Source of the DNA: an uncultured Bdellovibrio sp. | GTDB lineage: Bacteria > Bdellovibrionota > Bdellovibrionia > Bdellovibrionales > Bdellovibrionaceae | Assembly: GCA_963932905.1 (NCBI GenBank) | Contig: CAWVRN010000003.1 | Coordinates: forward strand, 64,001-128,000 | Direction: 5' to 3' | Length of the DNA stretch: 64,000 nucleotides | Shown: positions 19,680 through 29,083 of the stretch, in pieces | How positions within the stretch are numbered: position 1 is the stretch's first letter | How the letters are laid out: every line of letters starts with the position of its first letter | Program-made: the position numbers and the translations under genes | Notes under the pieces: generated by a model | Database searches by the model: none | What the model saw: only the letters and a program-made list of their open reading frames with translations | Told to the model about the DNA's origin: nothing

Positions 19680-22109
19680 ATGGACCATTCACACAAAAAC
19701 CACAATCACGCTCATGGACACTCGCATTCAGGTGATCACGCATGCTGCTCCATCAAACCCCAGGAAAAGACCACTCCAACTCTTGTGAAAGATCCTGTTT
19801 GCGGAATGATGATTGATCCAGCCACAGCTAAAGGCGGTAGCACTCAGTACAAGGGTGAAACCTTTTATTTTTGTAATCCCAAATGCAAAACCAAATTTGA
19901 GGCCGAGCCATTGAAATATCTCTCACCAAAAGTGGAACCGCTTTCAAAAGCTGACTCTGAGGCGATCTACACTTGCCCGATGCACCCTGAAATCAGACAG
20001 AAGGGACCTGGCAATTGTCCTATTTGCGGGATGGCACTTGAGCCCGAAGAAGTGTCTTTAGGTGAAGTTGAAAATCCAGAACTTGTCGATTTTACTAAGA
20101 GACTCAAAGTCAGTATCCCTCTAACTATTCCTCTTTTGCTACTTGCTATGTCGGATCTTATTCCAGGGCAACCCGTACAGCACGCAATCCCTAACTGGAT
20201 AAATGCTGGAGTCCAATTTCTGTTCGCAACTCCTGTCGTGCTTTGGGCTGGATTCCCGTTCTTTGAAAGAGGCTGGGCGTCTCTGAAATCCCGAAACTTT
20301 AATATGTTCACGCTGATCGCACTAGGAACTGGCGTTGCTTATCTGTTCAGTCTAGTCGGCACATTTTTTCCTTCGGTTTTTCCAGATAGTTTGAAAGTTC
20401 ATGGCGGAATGGTGCCGCTCTATTATGAGGCTGCCGCAGTTATCACGGCCCTGGTTCTTCTCGGACAAGTTCTGGAACTTAGAGCAAGAAATAAAACTGG
20501 AAATGCGATTCGAGCGCTTTTAGGCCTTGCCCCGAAAACAGCTCGAAGAGTTAAGCCTGATGGTACAGAGGAAGATGTTCCGGTTGAACATATTCATGTC
20601 GGAGATTTGCTTCGCGTGCGCCCGGGCGAAAAAATTCCTGTTGATGGTGAAGTTACTGAGGGACGTAGTCTCATAGATGAATCAATGATTACGGGCGAAC
20701 CTATTCCAGTCGAAAAGGATTTAGGTGATAAAGTCACCGGAGGAACCGTCAATGGCACGGGTTCTTTTGTTATGCGTGCTACAAAGGTTGGGTCAGATAC
20801 ACTGCTCTCTCAAATCGTGAAGATGGTCTCTCAAGCCCAGCGAAGCCGCGCTCCTATCCAAAAACTTGCCGATACTGTTTCAGGATATTTTGTTCCTGCC
20901 GTTGTCTTGATTGCGATTTTGACGGCTCTTGTTTGGTACTTCGTAGGACCTGAGCCACAATTCACTCATGCTATTGTGAATGCAGTCGCAGTACTTATCA
21001 TTGCTTGTCCTTGTGCTTTGGGGCTTGCTACTCCTATGTCGATCATGGTCGGCACTGGTAAGGGCGCAAATCTTGGCGTCTTGATTAAAAACGCGGAAGC
21101 ACTTGAAGGCCTAGAGAAAATCACGACACTCGTTGTGGATAAAACAGGAACCCTCACTCTCGGCAAACCAAAATTAGCCGATGTGAAAACTTTAAATGGC
21201 TTTTCCGAATCTGATGCTCTTGCAGCCGTTGCTTCCCTTGAAAAATCAAGTGAACATCCTCTAGCTGAGGCCATTGTTCAGGGAGCAATTGAGCGAAATC
21301 TAAAACTCGAAAATGTCACAGATTTTGAATCTATCACTGGCATGGGAGTGAAAGGTAAAATTCAAGGCCGAACTCTCTTGGTCGGAAACAAAAAGCTTCT
21401 TGAGAAGTTCGGAATTGATTCTACCGAACTCTCTCAAATAGCAAAAGAACTTCAGAGCAGCGGCCACGGAGCAATGTTAGCGGCAATTGATGGAAAGCCT
21501 GCCGCCGTCATTGCAGTGAAAGATCCTATCAAAGAATCTGCAAAACCTGCGATTGAATACTTCCATTCAAAAGGCATTCAAGTCGTTATGGTCACAGGCG
21601 ACAACAGGCATACCGCTGAAGTCGTCGCAAAAGAAATGGGAATTGACCAGGTTGAGGCCGAAGTTCTTCCTCAGCAAAAGAATGAAATTATCAAAAGACT
21701 TAAATCTGAAGGAAAAATCGTCGCTATGGCAGGTGATGGCATCAACGATGCGCCTGCTTTAGCTCAAGCAGATATTGGGATCGCGATGGGTACAGGAACT
21801 GACGTTGCGATGGAAAGCGCTGGAGTCACTCTTGTTAAAGGTGATCTCACCGGCATCGTTCGCGCTCATCACTTGAGCCAAGCTACCATGAGAAATATCC
21901 ATCAGAATTTAATGTTTGCTTTTGGTTACAATGTACTTGGTGTTCCAATAGCTGCGGGACTTCTATATCCTGCATTTGGTATTTTATTGAGCCCAATGAT
22001 TGCTAGTCTCGCGATGAGCTTGAGTTCTGTTTCAGTTGTAGGAAATGCTCTTCGCCTTCATAAATCAAAATTTGACTATAGCATTCCTAGTACATCGCAG
22101 GGACACTAA
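19680..22109 (+). CDS. copA: Cu+-exporting P1B-type ATPase with His-rich tail, YHS and heavy-metal-binding domains
   Basis: DPVCGM, YTCPMHP...[30 protein letters not shown] and MxxSS motifs. Confidence 0.95.
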   Translation: MDHSHKNHNHAHGHSHSGDHACCSIKPQEKTTPTLVKDPVCGMMIDPATAKGGSTQYKGETFYFCNPKCKTKFEAEPLKYLSPKVEPLSKADSEAIYTCPMHPEIRQKGPGNCPICGMALEPEEVSLGEVENPELVDFTKRLKVSIPLTIPLLLLAMSDLIPGQPVQHAIPNWINAGVQFLFATPVVLWAGFPFFERGWASLKSRNFNMFTLIALGTGVAYLFSLVGTFFPSVFPDSLKVHGGMVPLYYEAAAVITALVLLGQVLELRARNKTGNAIRALLGLAPKTARRVKPDGTEEDVPVEHIHVGDLLRVRPGEKIPVDGEVTEGRSLIDESMITGEPIPVEKDLGDKVTGGTVNGTGSFVMRATKVGSDTLLSQIVKMVSQAQRSRAPIQKLADTVSGYFVPAVVLIAILTALVWYFVGPEPQFTHAIVNAVAVLIIACPCALGLATPMSIMVGTGKGANLGVLIKNAEALEGLEKITTLVVDKTGTLTLGKPKLADVKTLNGFSESDALAAVASLEKSSEHPLAEAIVQGAIERNLKLENVTDFESITGMGVKGKIQGRTLLVGNKKLLEKFGIDSTELSQIAKELQSSGHGAMLAAIDGKPAAVIAVKDPIKESAKPAIEYFHSKGIQVVMVTGDNRHTAEVVAKEMGIDQVEAEVLPQQKNEIIKRLKSEGKIVAMAGDGINDAPALAQADIGIAMGTGTDVAMESAGVTLVKGDLTGIVRAHHLSQATMRNIHQNLMFAFGYNVLGVPIAAGLLYPAFGILLSPMIASLAMSLSSVSVVGNALRLHKSKFDYSIPSTSQGH

Positions 22110-22139
22110 TTTAAACGATGCCGGTCAGGTTTGGGAATT

Positions 22140-25100
22140 TTAATGTACTGACGGTGTTCTTGCCGGGTCCACTTTCATATAGCGCTCGAAAATTAAATAC
22201 AAAGTCGGCAACACCAAAAGCGTAAGTGCCGTGGCAGAAAATAAACCACCGATAACAACGGACGCCAGCGGCCTTTGCACCTCCGCACCAACACCGGTTG
22301 ACACCATCATTGGTAGAAATCCAAACATTGCAACTAAGGCAGTCATAAGAACCGGCCGAAGCCTAAGCAGTGTTCCGTGTTTAACTAGCCCAACACCACG
22401 CAACCCTTTTAAATGTAAATCATTAAAACAATTTACGAGTACGATACCATTTAAAACTGAAATTCCCGAAAGCGCGATAAAACCAATCCCCGCAGAAATA
22501 CTGAAAGGAAGCCCGTTGAGTTTTAATCCTAAAACACCACCTACTAAAGCAAGCGGTACGCCTACAAATACAAGTGCTGTTTGAGGAAGACTTCTAAAAG
22601 CCCAAAACACCATTGCTAATACCAATAATAAAACGATGGGAGCAAAAATCAAAAGTCTTAAACGTGCCACTTGAAGATTTTTAAAATTTCCACCCCATTC
22701 AAGATAATATCCAGGAGGGATTTTAACTTTTTCTGCGACCTTTTTCTGGGCATTTAAAACAAAAGTCTCAGTATCAACTCCTCTTGGATTAATCATAACC
22801 GCAGTCCGGCGTTTAGACTGTTCGCGATTAATTGCTCCAAAAGTTTCATCAAAGCGAATGTCAGCAACTTGTTTAAGCGGAGCTGTGGCTCTTTCTCCAA
22901 CTTCCACGGGGAGATTTCTGACAAGCTCTAGATTCATACGGTCCGCTTCATTTAGACGTACAATAATAGGAAATCTTCTAACACCTTCGAAAATATGGCC
23001 TACTTCTTCGCCGCCCAAAGCAATGCCGACAGTTTCAAGCACTTCTTTTCCTGGAATACCTATGTTTGAAAGTAAACTAGCTTTCGGTATGATTCTAAGC
23101 ATAGGAGACGTTCCTTGAACTTCGACTTCAACATCCCCTGAACCTTTTACTTCACGTAGAGCCTTCGCAATTTGCTCTGAAATTTCAGTCATGGTCTCCA
23201 TCTCTTCACCGAAGACCTTGACTGACACATCTGCGCGAGTTCCCTCTAAGAGCTCATTGAAACGCATCTGTATAGGCTGACTAATAAGAACTCTTTGCCC
23301 TGCAATTTCTTCTTCAAGACGGGCTTGAATTTTAGAAGTCACTTCTGCCCACGTTTTACTTGCGCCTTCTCCTTTGGGCCATTCTGAACGATCTTTAAAC
23401 ATAATAAACGTATCCGCTAAATTTACGCCCATTGGATCTGTTGCTACTTCAGCAGTCCCTATTCGACTAAAAACCGTTTTTACTTCAGGAAATTCAGATA
23501 TGATTTTTTGCGACTTTTTCTGAAGAACTACGGATTGATCAATTCCGATATTAACGGGTCTTACAAACTGAAAAGTTCTAGAGGCTTCATCCATTTGAGG
23601 TAAGAACTCTCCTCCAAGGCGTGAGAACAAAAAGATTCCTAATATTAATGAAATAACCCCTACAGCTACAGTTGCTTTTCGAAATCGAACTGCTAACGCA
23701 AGAAATGGAGAATAAAGTCTTTCCGCTAGCTGCATCAGCCACGGCTCTTTTTCTTTAAGATCCCCTTTTAAAAATAAACTAGCTAAGGCTGGTACGGTAG
23801 AAAATGATAAGATTAACGCAGAGAAAACGGCAATAGCAAACGTAGCAGCCATCGGCTGAAACATTTTTCCCTCAATTCCTTGAAGCGCTAATACGGGCAA
23901 GAAAACCACTACAACTATCAGTTCACCAAAACCGGCTGCCGTTCTGATTTCAACTGTTGCGTTGTAGACCGTCGCTTGAACTTCATCACGACTTAGAGAT
24001 CGATTTAGATCTTTTGCCCTGTCCCTTATTTTTCTCACGCAGTGATCAAGAACAATGACCGCTCCGTCGACAATAATCCCAAAATCTAAAGCACCTAAAC
24101 TTAAAAGATTTCCGGAGATTCCAAACCGCTTCATCGCAATGAAAGTCAGCAGTAAAGATAATGGAATTACAAAGGCCGTTATTACGGCTGCTCTGATATT
24201 ACCTAACAGCAAGAGCAGTATGACAATAACAAGAGTAGCCCCAATTAAAAGATTATGCTCAATCGTACTTAAGGTCGCATTCACAAGCTCCGAGCGATCA
24301 TAAACTGGCGTGATTTTATAACCCGCTGGTAGACTCTCTTGAATTTCTTTTAGTCTTTCGGCAACTCGTGTTGAAACGATACGGGAGTTTTCTCCAAGAA
24401 GCATCATAGCTGTTCCAAGAACAGCTTCTTCTTCTCCCACCAGCGCAGCACCAGTCCTAAGTTCAGAGGCAAGCGTAACTTGTGCAATGTCTTTAATTAA
24501 AATTGATCGAAGGGAGTCGATATTTTTAACAGGTGTACTTTCAATATCTTCAACAGAGGTAAAAAGCCCATTACCTTGAACTATAAACTGTTCACTTGTT
24601 TGCTGGATATAACCCCCGCCAGTATTGCGGTTAGTATTTTCCAAAGCCTCAGTAATATCTTCAAAGCTAATTCCAAATTCTGTAAGCTTTCGAGGATTCG
24701 GTTGAATATGAAACTGCTTTTCAAAGCCCCCAATGGTATTTACTTCCGCCACTCCTGGAACTGTTAAAAGCCGAGGCTTTACAAGAAACTCTTGAATCGA
24801 GCGAAGTTCCATAAGTTGTTCTAGTCGTTTTTCACCCGTTTCTATTTTTGCTGCTTCAATTGTGTAAAAAAATATTTCCCCAAGCCCTGTCGTAATAGGT
24901 CCTAGTTTGGGTTGAGCCCCCTTAGGTAAATCAGACTGCACACTAATTAAACGCTCTGAGACCATCTGCCGAGCTCTATAAATATCCATACCGTCTTCAA
25001 AAACAACTACGACAACAGATAATCCAAAGCGACTCAGAGAACGAAGTTGTTCGACCCCCGCAATACCTGACATTGAAGTTTCAACAGGGTATGTAACAGT

Positions 25101-25289
25101 TCTTTCAATTTCTTCAGCGGATAGCCCCGGAACCTGGGTAAAAATTTGCACCTGATTATTTGTGATATCAGGAACTGCATCAATTGACATATGAGTAAAG
25201 CCATACCAGCCAATGCCTGCAAATAAGAGCGTTAAAAATAGTACAATATTTCGATTATAAACGGAAAAATGGATTATCTTATTAATCAT
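22140..25289 (-). CDS. czcA: CzcA-family RND efflux permease
   Basis: IDAVPDIT, DFGIIVDGAV, RLRPVLMT, AEVQRPLA. Confidence 0.9.
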   Translation of the reverse strand: MINKIIHFSVYNRNIVLFLTLLFAGIGWYGFTHMSIDAVPDITNNQVQIFTQVPGLSAEEIERTVTYPVETSMSGIAGVEQLRSLSRFGLSVVVVVFEDGMDIYRARQMVSERLISVQSDLPKGAQPKLGPITTGLGEIFFYTIEAAKIETGEKRLEQLMELRSIQEFLVKPRLLTVPGVAEVNTIGGFEKQFHIQPNPRKLTEFGISFEDITEALENTNRNTGGGYIQQTSEQFIVQGNGLFTSVEDIESTPVKNIDSLRSILIKDIAQVTLASELRTGAALVGEEEAVLGTAMMLLGENSRIVSTRVAERLKEIQESLPAGYKITPVYDRSELVNATLSTIEHNLLIGATLVIVILLLLLGNIRAAVITAFVIPLSLLLTFIAMKRFGISGNLLSLGALDFGIIVDGAVIVLDHCVRKIRDRAKDLNRSLSRDEVQATVYNATVEIRTAAGFGELIVVVVFLPVLALQGIEGKMFQPMAATFAIAVFSALILSFSTVPALASLFLKGDLKEKEPWLMQLAERLYSPFLALAVRFRKATVAVGVISLILGIFLFSRLGGEFLPQMDEASRTFQFVRPVNIGIDQSVVLQKKSQKIISEFPEVKTVFSRIGTAEVATDPMGVNLADTFIMFKDRSEWPKGEGASKTWAEVTSKIQARLEEEIAGQRVLISQPIQMRFNELLEGTRADVSVKVFGEEMETMTEISEQIAKALREVKGSGDVEVEVQGTSPMLRIIPKASLLSNIGIPGKEVLETVGIALGGEEVGHIFEGVRRFPIIVRLNEADRMNLELVRNLPVEVGERATAPLKQVADIRFDETFGAINREQSKRRTAVMINPRGVDTETFVLNAQKKVAEKVKIPPGYYLEWGGNFKNLQVARLRLLIFAPIVLLLVLAMVFWAFRSLPQTALVFVGVPLALVGGVLGLKLNGLPFSISAGIGFIALSGISVLNGIVLVNCFNDLHLKGLRGVGLVKHGTLLRLRPVLMTALVAMFGFLPMMVSTGVGAEVQRPLASVVIGGLFSATALTLLVLPTLYLIFERYMKVDPARTPSVH

Positions 25290-25291
25290 GT

Positions 25292-25741
25292 TTAGTCCGC
25301 ACAGGCATCTGCTTCTGGGCCAAAAATATCAAGTTCCACAACACGAATTAGTCCCCCATTTGCAACAACAACCTGATCTCCAGGTATTAGTTCCTTTGTT
25401 GAGAAAACAGCCATGGCGCCTTGAACACGGGGTTCAATTTCTACCATGCGAAACCAACCATCACGCAAGCGATAAACGGCCATGAAGTCTTGAAACTGAA
25501 CTAAAGCTGAAGTAGGAACTGTAAATTCACCTAGTGAGTTTATTTTTTTAAAGCTAAGAGAAAAATTCTTAATGGCCTTTTCCGATAGCTTGAGCCCATC
25601 TTTTTCAGACGCGGCTAATACCGCTTTATTTGGCCCAACACGATCCTTTTTACCGCCACCCTCTTCTGCCTCTTCCGCGCTAACTATAAGAGAAACACTT
25701 AAGAAGGATAAAATTAATAAAAATGATTTCAAATTTTTCAC
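25292..25741 (-). CDS. Short (149 aa) membrane-fusion-protein-like periplasmic protein
   Basis: Occupies the czcB position; VPTSAL...LIPGDQVVV resembles the MFP C-terminal domain; hairpin and lipoyl parts absent. Confidence 0.55.
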   Translation of the reverse strand: MKNLKSFLLILSFLSVSLIVSAEEAEEGGGKKDRVGPNKAVLAASEKDGLKLSEKAIKNFSLSFKKINSLGEFTVPTSALVQFQDFMAVYRLRDGWFRMVEIEPRVQGAMAVFSTKELIPGDQVVVANGGLIRVVELDIFGPEADACAD

Positions 25742-26943
25742 GGTAACTCCACTGAAGAAGAATTAGTTAAATATTGAAGACGCACCCACATTTGCCAAGC
25801 CGACAACTCTGCATGATGGGTTTGCTCTACTAGCTCCATCGACGATCGATAAGTTTCAATTAAAGATGTCGGCGGAATTAATCCTCGAGAAAATGAACTC
25901 TCACTTTCTTTAATAGAATTCACTATTAGTTCTGATTTTAAGTTCTTCTCAAGCTTTTGCACAACCTTATGATAACTGGCTCGTAAAATTTCGAAGTCTT
26001 GCTGAATTCTTTTTTTGATAGCTTCAGTTGTAAGCTTTTTAGCATTTAATTTTGCCTGCGCAAGATTGCGTCCGCCCTGATTTTGATTCCAAAGCGGGAT
26101 CGTGACGCCTGCTTTTATGCCCCAAGAGGTTTCTTTACTTTCTGACTCATGCTCATAACTTGGGCCAATCTTAAAATCAGGCCAAGATTCGCTGTTGGCT
26201 AGAGACGATTCCGCCTGGGCAAATTTTTGCTGGGCTTTAGCTAATCTAATCTCTAAAAGGTTTTCTATGTTTAAAACATCAAACTTGGGCCACTTATCTA
26301 GTGGAGCAAGCCCTAGCTTGTCCGAGGCCTTAATTGGACGGCCGATACTGAACTCAATAGCCTTAGTTACTTTCTGAATATCTTTTTCGAGCTCCATCTT
26401 TTTAAAATCGATCGTTCCGAGATAAAGTGTAAAAAGGCGAAGCGACGCTTTTTGATCAGGAGGAAGTGCTACCTTTCGTTTTAAAACTGAAGTGATTTTC
26501 TCTATTGCCGAAGTTGTTTCAATTAAAATTTGCTCCTGTTCCCTAAGGTGATGCAGGCGTGCTAAAGCCTCAATTGAATCAGTCAAAATTTGAACCCGCG
26601 TAATTTCATCTTCAGCACTAATAGTTTCATTTTCACTTTTAGCAACTTCAATGCGGGCTGATCTTTTTCCACCGAGTTCGAGTTTTTGAACAAGATCAAT
26701 TTCTACTTTTTTCTCTCCTGATAAATTAGTTTTCGCATCAAGTTCTGGATTTGGAAGCTGGCTTGCTAACGACTTGCGGGCTTCGAACTCCGTAGCCCGT
26801 GTTTCTAAAACCTTAAGCTCTGGATGATTCTTAACTATGCAAACAAGCGCTTCCCTAGATGACTTTAAAACCTCTGGACAGGAAGACGCCAGAGTTGTCT
26901 CAAAAACTAACGCGAAAAAAATGATAACTAGGACCTTGTTCAT
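25738..26943 (-). CDS. TolC/CzcC-family outer membrane protein
   Basis: LPNPEL, LELGGKRSAR, IPLWNQNQG motifs. Confidence 0.85.
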   Translation of the reverse strand: MNKVLVIIFFALVFETTLASSCPEVLKSSREALVCIVKNHPELKVLETRATEFEARKSLASQLPNPELDAKTNLSGEKKVEIDLVQKLELGGKRSARIEVAKSENETISAEDEITRVQILTDSIEALARLHHLREQEQILIETTSAIEKITSVLKRKVALPPDQKASLRLFTLYLGTIDFKKMELEKDIQKVTKAIEFSIGRPIKASDKLGLAPLDKWPKFDVLNIENLLEIRLAKAQQKFAQAESSLANSESWPDFKIGPSYEHESESKETSWGIKAGVTIPLWNQNQGGRNLAQAKLNAKKLTTEAIKKRIQQDFEILRASYHKVVQKLEKNLKSELIVNSIKESESSFSRGLIPPTSLIETYRSSMELVEQTHHAELSAWQMWVRLQYLTNSSSVELP

Positions 26944-27359
26944 CCCATACCTCTACCTTTGACTTTTTTTTCACTTTGTACAAAGCTTGGACCCTCTTTT
27001 TTACAGCGGCTACCTGTTCGTTTTTCGGTTTCTTCCCGAAACCTCTTTTCGTCTTCTTTAAAAATCTGTTCAAAACCTTGAAGGTCTTCAACCAAGCGAT
27101 AGTATGGCTTTAACCTGACATCGTTTATAAGGCGGTGATAAACCCATCTGCCATCCTTTTGAGCGCTTAAAAGACCGGACTGCCTTAGAATTTTCAAATG
27201 ACGTGAAACGTTGTACTCAGGTTCTTGCAAACTGTCTGAAAACTCACATAAGCAAGCTTCTTCTTTTGGATTTTTTAAAAGCACACGCAAAATTCGCAAT
27301 CGTGTTCTATCAGATAGAGCTTGAAGTATCGTGATTGGATCAATATTTATAGAATACAT
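26940..27359 (-). CDS. ArsR/SmtB-family repressor
   Basis: ALSDRTRLRIL...CLCE...VSRHLKILR...GRWVYH. Confidence 0.9.
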   Translation of the reverse strand: MYSINIDPITILQALSDRTRLRILRVLLKNPKEEACLCEFSDSLQEPEYNVSRHLKILRQSGLLSAQKDGRWVYHRLINDVRLKPYYRLVEDLQGFEQIFKEDEKRFREETEKRTGSRCKKEGPSFVQSEKKVKGRGMG

Positions 27360-27383
27360 ACTTGCATACTAATGCAAGTATGT
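27356..27383. promoter_or_regulatory. ArsR-type operator (12-4-12 perfect inverted repeat)
   Basis: ACATACTTGCAT-ACTA-ATGCAAGTATGT overlapping the arsR start. Confidence 0.75.
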
Positions 27384-27418
27384 TAAAAATTCAAGAAATA
27401 CTTTTTGGAGGTTAAAAT

Positions 27419-27664
27419 ATGTCTTTTTCAATTTTACGTGGTCTTGTTATCGCTGCAATGATGCTCACATTAAGCCCTTCTGCATTTGCAGAAGAAAAAT
27501 TCGACTTGGTTTCGGTATGTAAGAAAGATTGCCCCAAAGCTAAAAATAATGAAGAAGCACATAAATGTGCAGAAAAAATCGGGCGACTTAACAAAGAATT
27601 TCGAAAATCTAAGTGCTGGGAAGTGAACGAGCAGTATGAAAAAACTCGTGAATCAAAAGAGTAA
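27419..27664 (+). CDS. Small secreted protein with 4 Cys
   Basis: GGAGG RBS, signal peptide ending AFA, downstream hairpin. Confidence 0.65.
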   Translation: MSFSILRGLVIAAMMLTLSPSAFAEEKFDLVSVCKKDCPKAKNNEEAHKCAEKIGRLNKEFRKSKCWEVNEQYEKTRESKE

Positions 27665-27680
27665 CAGCTAAGCGGCAACC

Positions 27681-27706
27681 CCTCCCAATTCTGTAGATTT
27701 GGGAGG
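27681..27706. terminator. Hairpin between convergent genes
   Basis: CCTCCCAA-10 nt-TTGGGAGG. Confidence 0.55.
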
Positions 27707-27711
27707 ACCTG

Positions 27712-28560
27712 CTACTTACTACCAGCGTTTGAACTAGAGATTTTTAAAATTGCAATGGCTCCTCTAAAAACCACGATCGCGATTAGAAAACCAATAATCA
27801 AATCTGGCAATCTAGAACTTGTTGCTGTAACCAGAATACCAGCGATAAGAACGCCAATATTAGCAATCACATCGTTAGCTGAAAAAATTTGACTGGCCTT
27901 CATATGAACGCCACCATCTCTGTGGCGAGATATCAATACAAGGCACGTCACATTTGCGGCGAGTGCAACCAAAGATACCCACATCATATAGCTTGCCTCC
28001 GGATCACTTCCGAATGCAAATCGCCTAACTACTTCGATAAGTGCAAAAGCAGCAAGAAACATTTGTGCGTATCCGCTTAACCTGGCCGCTTTGTCCTGTA
28101 GAACTATCGACTTGCCAACGGCATAGAGACTCACCCCATATACCGCGGCATCTGCGAACATATCCATTGAATCGGCAATAAGCCCAGTACTTTGCGCAAT
28201 CACTCCTAAGATAATTTCAAAAACGAACATAGCTGCATTGATACCAAGTAGGATTTTGAGCACCCTTGCTTCAGAGCCCTCAGCGCCGCTGGCCTTCGCT
28301 TTTTCGAGCTGAAGAAGGTTTTCCTCAACCTCTGAAAGCTCATTGGTTTCAACGTGTACAGCACCAAAATTCAAAGGTTCTAGCTTTTTTAGAATTTCTT
28401 TTTCGTCTGCTTCATGAAATGCGGTTAATATTCTTCCCGCCAGATCAAATTGAAGATGTGAAATTCCAGCCTGGCTACTTAATGCCATTCGAATCAACTT
28501 CTCTTCGGAAGGACAATCCATTTTCGGAACATTAAATTTTGACCGCTTTATCTCTCCCAC
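27712..28560 (-). CDS. CDF-family cation transporter with N-terminal HMA-like domain
   Basis: MDCPSEE N-terminal domain; LIADSMDMFAD and SANDVIAN CDF motifs. Confidence 0.85.
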   Translation of the reverse strand: MGEIKRSKFNVPKMDCPSEEKLIRMALSSQAGISHLQFDLAGRILTAFHEADEKEILKKLEPLNFGAVHVETNELSEVEENLLQLEKAKASGAEGSEARVLKILLGINAAMFVFEIILGVIAQSTGLIADSMDMFADAAVYGVSLYAVGKSIVLQDKAARLSGYAQMFLAAFALIEVVRRFAFGSDPEASYMMWVSLVALAANVTCLVLISRHRDGGVHMKASQIFSANDVIANIGVLIAGILVTATSSRLPDLIIGFLIAIVVFRGAIAILKISSSNAGSK

Positions 28561-28985
28561 TACTTCCTCAATTTTCGGATTTCATCGGTGACTTGGCTCG
28601 CCTGACGACAACGACCAGCTTCTCTTTTGCTGAGACGTTTTTCAAATCTATGAAGGTCATGCGCGGCTTCGCTATCGAAATCAGGAAATGCAGCCACAGC
28701 TTTGTGTATAAGCTTTAGGAATTTTTCGCTTTGGACGAGTGAATGATAAATCCATTTTCCATCACGCACGGATGCAATAACACCTGAACTTCTTAAAATT
28801 TTTACATGTCTCGAAAGCTTGTACTCAGGCTCTTTAAGTGCTTCCGACAGTTCGCATAAGCAGAGCTCAGTTTTCGAACTCAGCATAAGCCTCAAAATAC
28901 GAATTCGATAAGGGTCGGAAAGCGCTTGAAATATCTCATGGAGGGTAATGTTTATTCTATGCATGGGCATAAACATATACATCAT
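28560..28985 (-). CDS. ArsR/SmtB-family repressor (paralog of 26940-27359)
   Basis: ALSDPYRIRIL...LCLCEL...EPEYKLSRH...GKWIYH; exact start uncertain. Confidence 0.88.
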   Translation of the reverse strand: MMYMFMPMHRINITLHEIFQALSDPYRIRILRLMLSSKTELCLCELSEALKEPEYKLSRHVKILRSSGVIASVRDGKWIYHSLVQSEKFLKLIHKAVAAFPDFDSEAAHDLHRFEKRLSKREAGRCRQASQVTDEIRKLRK

Positions 28986-29001
28986 TTGCGTTTATATGCA
29001 A
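28986..29001. promoter_or_regulatory. Second ArsR-type operator
   Basis: TTGCGT-TTAT-ATGCAA, one mismatch from the TTGCAT-N4-ATGCAA core at 27362-27377. Confidence 0.55.
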
Positions 29002-29083
29002 CTGTTTGTCATTTAGTTTTCAGCTCTGGTGATTTTTTTGATTTTTACTTTTAATTTGGCAATAAATAACATAGGACGATTAA

